Shown: piece after piece, positions 53,721-61,539 of the stretch
How the letters are laid out: each line of letters starts with the position of its first letter
Numbering within the stretch: the first letter of the stretch is position 1
Position numbers and translations under genes: made by a program
From: an uncultured Muribaculaceae bacterium
GTDB lineage: Bacteria; Cyanobacteriota; Vampirovibrionia; Gastranaerophilales; Gastranaerophilaceae
Length of the DNA: 64,000 nt
Direction: 5' to 3'
Assembly (NCBI GenBank): GCA_964453315.1
Contig: CAYVSD010000003.1
Location: forward strand, 8,689-72,688
Notes under the pieces: model-generated
What the model saw: the letters and a program-made list of their open reading frames with translations, nothing else
The model's database searches: none
What the model was told of the DNA's origin: nothing

Positions 53721-55832
53721 ATGTTTAAAATTAACTTTAAAATAATATTTAATATACTGTTCATATTCTTTTGTATTGTTGGAAATAATGTATTTGCGCA
53801 GGAAACATTAAATAATAATTCAAGTCCTACTCAAATTGTAGAAAAAGAAAATCCTATTATTGATACAAAAAAAGAAGTTTTTATAGATTCCCGAATAAAA
53901 AAAGAATTAAAAAATTCTATTAAAAATGTATATGAACAAAATGACACTGAAGAAATTTATGAAAAATTAATTGAACATGCTTCATCTGCAATAGAAAATA
54001 GACCACAAAAACTTAAACAACAAGATATAAAAAGAGAGTCCGATTGGTTTAAAAATGAAATTATATATATGTTCTATGTAAACCAATTTGGGGTTGTACA
54101 AAATAATAAAGATAATACTTTCCATAATACAGAAGAAATGCTTGATTATTTACAAGATTTAGGAGTAACTACACTTTATTTACTACCTTTTGTTGACAGC
54201 CCAATGGAAGATGCAGGTTTTGACGTTAAAAATCCGCAAGATGTCAGAAATGATCTTGGTGGCATGCAACAATTTGAACATTTTATAAAAACCGCAAAAG
54301 ATAAAGGTTTTAATATTAAAGCAGATCTTGTTTTAAATCATCTTTCAGATAAGCATATATGGTTTCAACAATTACAAGCAGGAAATACAAATTATTTAGA
54401 TTATTTTATTTGGCGAGATACGATGCCGGAATATAAAAAATATACAGATGAAAAGCTCGGAACAGTAATTGAATATACTGAAAACGACGGAACTATATCT
54501 AAAAGACGATTAATTTTTCCTGAAAATACTGAAAGAAATTGGCGAGAAATAAATATTAAAAACAAAAATAACGAAAATGAAACAAAAACATATTATCTCT
54601 ATCATACATTTTATCCATTTCAATTGGATATAAATTGGGAAAATCCGGAAGTTTTATATTATATGCTTGATACAATCACCAAATGGGCAAATCTTGGAGT
54701 AGATATTTTTAGAATGGATGCTATTCCTTATTTATCAAAAGAATCCGGAACAAATGCGGAAAATCAACCTAAAACACATTTTATAATTAATATTTTAAGT
54801 AATTATATTCAATTAACCTCTCCGTCTTCTGTTATTCAAGTCGAAGCATGTCAACATCCTAAAGATATCATTCCTTATTACGGAAAAAATAGAAATGTAA
54901 ATATTAAAATTGACGACATTAATAAAGAACTTGAAAGAACTTCTGAAGCTCAAATAGCTTATAATTTTCCATATATGGATGCAATTTGGGCAAGTTTAAT
55001 ATCCGAAGATAAAAAATATTTTATTAACACTTATAAAAAAACTCCAAATATTCCTAAAAACACTTCTTGGGGAATATTTTTACGCGTTCACGACGAATTA
55101 ACTCTTGAAATGGTTAGTCCGGAAGTAAGAACATTAATATTTGAAGATTTAGAACCTAAAGGAGCAAGTTTTAGAAACGGTTTTGGAGTATCCGGAAGAC
55201 TTGCAAATTTTTTGGATAAAAATCCTGAAAGAATAAAATTAGCATATGCAATAATGTTTTCAACTCCCGGAATTCCTATAATATACTATGGTGATGAAGT
55301 CGGGGTTACAAATAATTTTGAAAATGCTAAAAAATCTGCTCAAAATCGAAAAAATAAAAACAAATTTTTGAAATTATTATCCGTTTTTGATTCACGTGAT
55401 ATCAATAGAGGTCCTGTTCCCAAAAAATTGTTCTATGGCTCTCAAAAAGGCTGGTATTTATTTAATTCAAAAGTATATAATAATACAAAACATTTAATTA
55501 AAGTTAGAAGATCCTTACCTGTAATGACTGACGGTAATTTTGATTTTATAAAAAGTTCATCAAAAAATTGTTTATCTTATATACGAAAGAATAAAACACA
55601 ACAAATTCTTGTAATTAATAATCTTTCAAAAAATAAAATTATTACGGATATTTCACTTCCGATAACTACATTTATAAAAAATAATAAAAAAATAACGCGG
55701 CTTAAAGACTTATTAACCGGTAATAATATTAAAGTAAATATTTCACTTACAGATAATACTATACACATACTTTTAGCACCATATCAAGTTTTATGGCTTG
55801 ATTTAGCGGAAGGAATGAATAATGGAAAATAA
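53721..55832 (+). CDS. GH13 alpha-amylase-family enzyme (TreS/amylosucrase-like) with an N-terminal signal sequence
   Basis: 703 aa. DLVLNHLS, GVDIFRMDAIPYL (nucleophile region), QVEA, FLRVHDELTLEMV. Confidence 0.75.
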   Translation: MFKINFKIIFNILFIFFCIVGNNVFAQETLNNNSSPTQIVEKENPIIDTKKEVFIDSRIKKELKNSIKNVYEQNDTEEIYEKLIEHASSAIENRPQKLKQQDIKRESDWFKNEIIYMFYVNQFGVVQNNKDNTFHNTEEMLDYLQDLGVTTLYLLPFVDSPMEDAGFDVKNPQDVRNDLGGMQQFEHFIKTAKDKGFNIKADLVLNHLSDKHIWFQQLQAGNTNYLDYFIWRDTMPEYKKYTDEKLGTVIEYTENDGTISKRRLIFPENTERNWREINIKNKNNENETKTYYLYHTFYPFQLDINWENPEVLYYMLDTITKWANLGVDIFRMDAIPYLSKESGTNAENQPKTHFIINILSNYIQLTSPSSVIQVEACQHPKDIIPYYGKNRNVNIKIDDINKELERTSEAQIAYNFPYMDAIWASLISEDKKYFINTYKKTPNIPKNTSWGIFLRVHDELTLEMVSPEVRTLIFEDLEPKGASFRNGFGVSGRLANFLDKNPERIKLAYAIMFSTPGIPIIYYGDEVGVTNNFENAKKSAQNRKNKNKFLKLLSVFDSRDINRGPVPKKLFYGSQKGWYLFNSKVYNNTKHLIKVRRSLPVMTDGNFDFIKSSSKNCLSYIRKNKTQQILVINNLSKNKIITDISLPITTFIKNNKKITRLKDLLTGNNIKVNISLTDNTIHILLAPYQVLWLDLAEGMNNGK

Positions 55833-56922
55833 GAAAAAATCATTTTTAAATTATATAAATGTTTTTAGGGGGCTTGCAATTTTACTTATTATCGCAGGTC
55901 ATACAATGCAGTTTGGAGAAAGTTCAAGTTTACTTCATAAAATTAATTGTGAAATAATATGTGGCGGAACAGCTCTTTTTATATTTATTTCAGGTTTTCT
56001 ATTTCAACATTTATCTGCAAAATTTGAATACAAAAATTATCTTTCCAAAAAATGGACCAATGTTGTTTTGCCATATTTTATAACTTCAATTCCCGGTATT
56101 TTATTTTGTTTATGCTTCCCGCAAATTTATGGTAATTCGTTTGACGGCTTAAATCCGTTTATTCAAATCCCGATGTTTTTAACAACAGGCAGAATTCATA
56201 ACACTCCGACCTGGTTTATTCCTATGATAATCCTGTTTTTCTTTTGTTCTTGGATTTTGCTTAAATTAGAAAAAAAAGGTATTTTATATAAACTATTACC
56301 TTTTATGTTTTTTATAACATTAATTTGCCCAAGAGTTGATGTTGATTACAATTCTATAATAAATTTAACTTATATTCAAAAATATTTTGCTTGTTTGGGA
56401 TATATATTTAATGGTTTTGTGCATTTCTTTTCTTTATATGTTTTCGGAATGTTTTGTTCTAAATATAAAGAAGTTATTGACATTTTTTATAACAAAAGAC
56501 TATTGTTATGGTTTTTAATGATTGGTTTGTCAGTTGGAAATGTATATTTATCTTATAAAGGGATTTATTCAAATTTCACAATTTCAAAAACCATATTAAC
56601 AATGCTTGTTTTAGGATATTTGAAACATTATGATGAATGGATTTTGTCAAAAGAAAAAATAAACAATTTTCTTGATATTACGGCAAAATACAGTTTTGGT
56701 TTATTTTTTGTACATTGGTATTGGTTTTTTATTTATAATCAAGTTTTCGGATTAGAAAAAGTTATTCCTATAATTGATAACAATTACATTTTAGTTTTAG
56801 GCATTGTAATTATCAGATTTTTATTTATAACAATTCTTTCTATGCTTTCACTATATTTAGGCAAAAAAATTATCTTATTTATAAGCAAAAATGCTAATAC
56901 AAGAATGTTTTTAGGTATTTAA
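55822..56922 (+). CDS. Acyltransferase family 3 integral membrane protein
   Basis: 366 aa. N-terminal NVFRGLAILLIIAGH motif and about 10 hydrophobic segments. Confidence 0.7.
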   Translation: MENKKKSFLNYINVFRGLAILLIIAGHTMQFGESSSLLHKINCEIICGGTALFIFISGFLFQHLSAKFEYKNYLSKKWTNVVLPYFITSIPGILFCLCFPQIYGNSFDGLNPFIQIPMFLTTGRIHNTPTWFIPMIILFFFCSWILLKLEKKGILYKLLPFMFFITLICPRVDVDYNSIINLTYIQKYFACLGYIFNGFVHFFSLYVFGMFCSKYKEVIDIFYNKRLLLWFLMIGLSVGNVYLSYKGIYSNFTISKTILTMLVLGYLKHYDEWILSKEKINNFLDITAKYSFGLFFVHWYWFFIYNQVFGLEKVIPIIDNNYILVLGIVIIRFLFITILSMLSLYLGKKIILFISKNANTRMFLGI

Positions 56923-57957
56923 TTATACGATTTTTCTTATCCAGCCTTCAGGGGCTTCAATTTTGCCATACTGAATTCCGGTTAAAGTGTCGTACAATTT
57001 CTTTGTAATCGGTCCGGCATCATTCATTCCGGAAGGAAAATTAATTTCTTTACCGTGATCTACGATTTTACCGACAGGAGAAATCACTGCGGCTGTACCA
57101 CACAAACCGCATTCTGCAAAATCTTTTAATTCTTCCAAATAAACTTCTCTTTCTTCGGTTTCAAGTCCTAAGTATTCTTTTGCAACATACATCAAAGAAC
57201 GACGTGTTATTGAAGGTAAAATACTTGATGATTTCGGAGTTACAACTTTATTATCTTTGGTTATAAACAAGAAGTTTGCGCCGCCTGTTTCTTCAACTTT
57301 AGTACGAGTTTGCGGATCAAGATATAAATTTTCTGCAAAACCCTCTCTATGAGCGGTTGTAACAGCATGAAGACTCATCGCATAGTTTAAACCTGCCTTA
57401 ACGTGGCCTGTACCGTGAGGAGCAGCCCTGTCAAAATCACTTACTTTCAAGGTAATCGGTTTTGAACCGCCTTTGAAATAAGGCCCTACCGGAGAAACAA
57501 ATATCCTGAACATAAACTCTTTTGCAGGTTTTACCCCCATTACAGGAGAATAACCAAACATATATGGTCTTATATAAAGACTTGCACCTGTTCCGTATGG
57601 CGGAACGTATTTTAAATTAGCTTTAACAACTTGTTCTACGGCTTCTACAAATTTATCTTGAGGGAAGGGCGCCATTTCTAATCTTAATGCTGTATCATGC
57701 ATTCTTTGCGCGTTTAAATCAGGACGGAAAATTACAACATCACCGTTTACTGTTTCATAAGCTTTCATACCTTCAAAACACGTTTGAGCATACTGTAAAA
57801 CACAAGCACATTCATTCATTTGGATATTTTCATCATCAATAATTTGACCTTCGTCCCATTTGCCGTCTTTGTACATAGAGACAAAACGCTTGTCTGTTTT
57901 GTAATACCCAAACCCTAAATTTTCCCAATCAATATTTGCTTTTTCCATAGTAATCAT
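56923..57957 (-). CDS. ilvE: Branched-chain amino-acid aminotransferase (class IV PLP enzyme)
   Basis: 344 aa. CFEGMKAY, GTGHVKAGLNYAMS, ETGGANFLFI, ECGLCGTAAVISPV. Confidence 0.85.
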   Translation of the reverse strand: MITMEKANIDWENLGFGYYKTDKRFVSMYKDGKWDEGQIIDDENIQMNECACVLQYAQTCFEGMKAYETVNGDVVIFRPDLNAQRMHDTALRLEMAPFPQDKFVEAVEQVVKANLKYVPPYGTGASLYIRPYMFGYSPVMGVKPAKEFMFRIFVSPVGPYFKGGSKPITLKVSDFDRAAPHGTGHVKAGLNYAMSLHAVTTAHREGFAENLYLDPQTRTKVEETGGANFLFITKDNKVVTPKSSSILPSITRRSLMYVAKEYLGLETEEREVYLEELKDFAECGLCGTAAVISPVGKIVDHGKEINFPSGMNDAGPITKKLYDTLTGIQYGKIEAPEGWIRKIV

Positions 57958-58151
57958 TTTACCCTCACTAACTTATATCTAAATTGTAAAACAAACAAAA
58001 TAAAAGTGAAGAAGAGGTAAATAATCAAATATTAAACAAATACCCCGAAAAAATCCAAGATACTTACAAAATTGTCAAAGCTTTAGTTGAGTAGTTGCAT
58101 AAAATTTATCTTTTTTGTACACTTGTTTATGCAAACAAAAAGGAGACAAGA

Positions 58152-58409
58152 ATGGCTCAACAATATAACAATCCAAATGCACAAAATATTAAAAAACGCT
58201 ACGCTGTATTAGTTTTTATCAAAGGTTCTACAGCTCCGTTAGTATTGTATGTGAAAGAGCCTATGGCTTTATACGAAGACCTCGTTAACAAAATGCAAGA
58301 GCCAAAACCTGTTTATATTGAAGAAGAAACAGAAGGTCCTATCAAAAAGGTTTGTTTCATCTCAAATCAAATCTCTGCAGTTGCTTTGCAAGAAGAACAA
58401 TATGTATAA
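58152..58409 (+). CDS. Small hypothetical protein upstream of rpmF
   Basis: 85 aa from the ATG at 58152, preceded by AAAGGAG. The track start at 58095 lacks an RBS. No family recognised. Confidence 0.45.
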   Translation: MAQQYNNPNAQNIKKRYAVLVFIKGSTAPLVLYVKEPMALYEDLVNKMQEPKPVYIEEETEGPIKKVCFISNQISAVALQEEQYV

Positions 58410-58518
58410 TATAACTTATTGTATCAATCTGTAATATTAAATTATCCAAATAAAAAAGTTTGTGATATTAATAGTTTATAAAATAGTTAGTAAGAATAGA
58501 AAATAAAGGAAAAACAAA

Positions 58519-58854
58519 ATGGCAGTACCTAAGAAAAGAACAGGACATTCTGCTCAAGGCAGCAGAAGAGCAAACTGGAAGGCAACCAAGCCTGAAACAA
58601 CAAAATGCCCTAATTGCGGCGCAACAGTTTTGACTCATACAGTATGTACAGAATGCGGGACCTACAAAGGTCAACCGGTAAAATTAGCAGATAAAGCAGC
58701 CGCTGCAGCAGAAGCAGCAAAACCTGCTAAAAAAACAACCGCTAAAAAAACCGCTTCAACAAAAAAAGCTTCTGCAAAAAAAGCTGAAAAACCGGCTGAA
58801 ACAGTTGAAGAAACTAAAGCAGAAGAAGTAAAAGAAGAAAAAACTGAAGAATAA
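58519..58854 (+). CDS. rpmF: Ribosomal protein bL32 with a ~55-aa Ala/Lys-rich then acidic C-terminal extension
   Basis: MAVPKKRTGHSAQGSRRANWK...CPNCGATVLTHTVCTECGTYKG is canonical zinc-ribbon L32. It is followed by KLADKAAAAAEAAKPAKKTTAKKTASTKKASAKKAEKPAETVEETKAEEVKEEKTEE. Confidence 0.9.
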   Translation: MAVPKKRTGHSAQGSRRANWKATKPETTKCPNCGATVLTHTVCTECGTYKGQPVKLADKAAAAAEAAKPAKKTTAKKTASTKKASAKKAEKPAETVEETKAEEVKEEKTEE

Positions 58855-58914
58855 TAAGTATATAAGGAACAAGGATTTCCTTGTTCCTTATTTCTATAAA
58901 CAAGAGAGGGGAGC

Positions 58915-59979
58915 ATGGCAAGAATAGCAATAGACGCAATGGGTGGAGATTACGCACCAAAAGCAATAGTAGAAGGCGCACTTTGGGCAGCCCAAGAATA
59001 TAACGTGGGCTTAGAACTTGTTGGACGCCAAGAAGAGCTTGAAGCAGAAATCAACCGTATTAAAAACGTCGGCTATATTCTTTCAGATTGCGGAACAAAA
59101 GGACATCAAAGAAAAATTCGTATTGATATCGACAAAATTGATTATACAATCACTCACGCCTCAGAAGTTATCGGCATGGGCGAAGCTGTAGGTCAATCTA
59201 TCAGACGCAAAAAAGACTCCTCAATCGTTAGCGCTGTTCAAGCAGTTGCAGACGGAAGATGCGAAGCCGTAGTTTCTGCCGGTTCAACCGGAGCAGCAAT
59301 GGCTGCAAGTTTATTCGGTTTAGGCAGAATTCACGGAGTTACAAGACCTGCAATTGCCGTAACTTTACCTACTATGAAAAAACCCGTTGTATTAATCGAC
59401 GGTGGAGCAAACAGCGACTGTACCCCTGAAATGCTTGTTCAATTCGCTGAAATGGGTATTGCATACTCTAAATATATTATAGGTATCGAAAATCCGAAAG
59501 TCGGAATTCTAAGTATCGGCGAAGAAGAAGGCAAAGGTAATGCTTTAGTAAAAGAAACTTATCCGCTTCTTAAAGAAATGCACGAACAAGGTATTATTGA
59601 TTTTGCAGGAAACATTGAAGGCAAAGAATTATTTATTAACAAAGCAGACGTTGTAGTCGCAGACGGTTTTGCAGGAAATGTCGCTTTGAAAGTAACCGAA
59701 GGCACAGCGTCAATGCTTCTTAAAATGATAAAAAAAGAATTTAAATCAGATTTTGTCGGCTGTTTAATAGGACTTATGGCAAAACCGTTCTTGAGAAGAA
59801 TTTTAAAATTTATCAGTTGGGAAACGTTTGGCGGCATGCTATTATTAGGTGTAAGAGGAATTTCGGTTATCGCTCATGGCAGAAGTTCGTCTTATGCAAT
59901 GAAAAACGCCGTTAGAGCCGCTGTCGAAGTTTTAAACAAAGACATAAACTCAGAAATTGCAAAAAATATAAACAGATAG
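58915..59979 (+). CDS. plsX: Phosphate acyltransferase PlsX
   Basis: MARIAIDAMGGDYAP start, GSTGA, and GFAGNVALK motifs. Canonical rpmF-plsX-fabH order. Confidence 0.9.
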   Translation: MARIAIDAMGGDYAPKAIVEGALWAAQEYNVGLELVGRQEELEAEINRIKNVGYILSDCGTKGHQRKIRIDIDKIDYTITHASEVIGMGEAVGQSIRRKKDSSIVSAVQAVADGRCEAVVSAGSTGAAMAASLFGLGRIHGVTRPAIAVTLPTMKKPVVLIDGGANSDCTPEMLVQFAEMGIAYSKYIIGIENPKVGILSIGEEEGKGNALVKETYPLLKEMHEQGIIDFAGNIEGKELFINKADVVVADGFAGNVALKVTEGTASMLLKMIKKEFKSDFVGCLIGLMAKPFLRRILKFISWETFGGMLLLGVRGISVIAHGRSSSYAMKNAVRAAVEVLNKDINSEIAKNINR

Positions 59980-59988
59980 GATTTTATT

Positions 59989-61002
59989 ATGTCAGCGAAT
60001 GTTAAACCTTTAAAAATTGCAGGAATAGGATATTGTGTACCACAAGCCGTTATAACAAATGAAGATTTGACAAAATTGTATGAAACTTCTGATGAATGGA
60101 TTTATTCCCGTACAGGAATTAAAGAAAGACGCGTTGTTTCCGGCAACGAAACCGCAATTGATTTAGGTTTTGACGCCGCACAAAAAGCTCTTGATAAATC
60201 AGGAATTAAACCGCAAGAAATTGACTGTATAATCTGCGCGGCTTCTGTTCCGCCTCAATTATACCCTACTCTTGCCTGTACTTTGCAAACCAAACTAGGT
60301 ATCCCAAAAGGAGTTCCTGCGTTTGATTTAACAGCAGCATGCACGGGTTTGATTTATGCACTCCAAGTAGCAAGAGGTTTTATTGGAACAGGAACTTACA
60401 AAAATATTCTTATCGTAGCTTCTGACAACAATTCAAAAATTACCGACTGGACAGACAGAGGAACATCAATTCTTTTTGGTGATGGCGCTGGCGCTATGGT
60501 TGTTACTGAATCAACCGACGGAATTGATGATATTCTATCTTTAAAAATCAGCGCTGACGGTTCTATCGGACAATATATTCAAACAAATATGCCGGGACAA
60601 AATTGCCCGCTTGTAAAACAAGCAGACGAAGTCGGTGACGGTAAAATCAGAATGAACGGAAAAGAAGTTTATAAATTTGCAGTAACCACCGTTCCGAAAT
60701 ACGTAGAAGAATGTATAGCCGAATCTGGCATGACTTCAGAAGAAATTGATTACCTTATTCCACATCAAGCAAATCAAAGAATTATTGAATCAATACAACA
60801 AAGATTAAAATACTCAGACAATAAAGTTATTTCTAATATAAAATACTACGGCAATACCTCTGCTGCTTCTATTCCGATTGCATTGGTTGAAGGAGTTGAA
60901 CAAGGTAAAATCAAACTTGGTTCAACAGCTATTTTATGCGGTTTTGGCGCCGGTATGACTTGGGGTGCCGCTGTTGTAAGACTTCGTGAAGGCATTTGCT
61001 AG
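59989..61002 (+). CDS. fabH: 3-oxoacyl-ACP synthase III
   Basis: 337 aa. AACTGLIYAL (active-site Cys), HQANQRII, GNTSAASIP. Confidence 0.9.
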   Translation: MSANVKPLKIAGIGYCVPQAVITNEDLTKLYETSDEWIYSRTGIKERRVVSGNETAIDLGFDAAQKALDKSGIKPQEIDCIICAASVPPQLYPTLACTLQTKLGIPKGVPAFDLTAACTGLIYALQVARGFIGTGTYKNILIVASDNNSKITDWTDRGTSILFGDGAGAMVVTESTDGIDDILSLKISADGSIGQYIQTNMPGQNCPLVKQADEVGDGKIRMNGKEVYKFAVTTVPKYVEECIAESGMTSEEIDYLIPHQANQRIIESIQQRLKYSDNKVISNIKYYGNTSAASIPIALVEGVEQGKIKLGSTAILCGFGAGMTWGAAVVRLREGIC

Positions 61003-61050
61003 GGGTAAATAATATTTAATATTTTAAATATTATTTGTTCGCCTATAATT

Positions 61051-61200
61051 TTACTTTAAATTATCTTTAACATAATTTTTTACTAATGTTGCACCGAGAT
61101 TACCCGCTGTACGGTTTTGCTCTTGTGCTAATTTCTTAAATTTTTCAAATATATCTTGATCAATAAGTAATACAAATCTTTTTTTCTCGCTTACTGCCAT
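61051..61200 (-). CDS. 49-aa ribbon-helix-helix protein (below the ORF-track size cutoff)
   Basis: Minus-strand ATG at 61200, stop at 61053-61051. MAVSEKKRFVLLIDQDIFEKFKKLAQEQNRTAGNLGATLVKNYVKDNLK shows the RHH pattern. Divergent from the XRE gene. Confidence 0.5.
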   Translation of the reverse strand: MAVSEKKRFVLLIDQDIFEKFKKLAQEQNRTAGNLGATLVKNYVKDNLK

Positions 61201-61314
61201 AACTTATAACCTTTTTATAACTTTTTAACAATTTTATTGTATTTTTATTGACATTTCAATTGCAAAAAACTTATAATTAAATTGTAATTATGTTGTAACA
61301 ATTAGGAATAAGAC

Positions 61315-61521
61315 ATGGATATTATTGAACAATTTTCTAAAAACATAAAACATCTCAGAGAACAAAACAACATGACAATTAACGAACTTTCAAAACTTAC
61401 CGGCATTACCAAAAGTTATCTGCTTAAAGTCGAAAATATGCAGGTCAAAACTATTTCTTTTAAACAACTAAACTCTTTTTGCAAAGTTTTTAAAGCAGAA
61501 GTAAAAGACATTTTGTACTAA
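61315..61521 (+). CDS. XRE-family helix-turn-helix protein
   Basis: 68 aa. IKHLREQNNMTINELSKLTGITKSYLLKVEN is the Cro/C1-type HTH. Confidence 0.7.
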   Translation: MDIIEQFSKNIKHLREQNNMTINELSKLTGITKSYLLKVENMQVKTISFKQLNSFCKVFKAEVKDILY

Positions 61522-61539
61522 ATATGTTATACTATCTTT

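Noticed and set aside
58468-58916. Two minus-strand ORFs (68 and 81 aa) over rpmF
   Set aside because: They are antisense to canonical L32 and its Ala/Lys-rich tail. The GCN/AAR-rich coding sequence keeps the opposite strand open.
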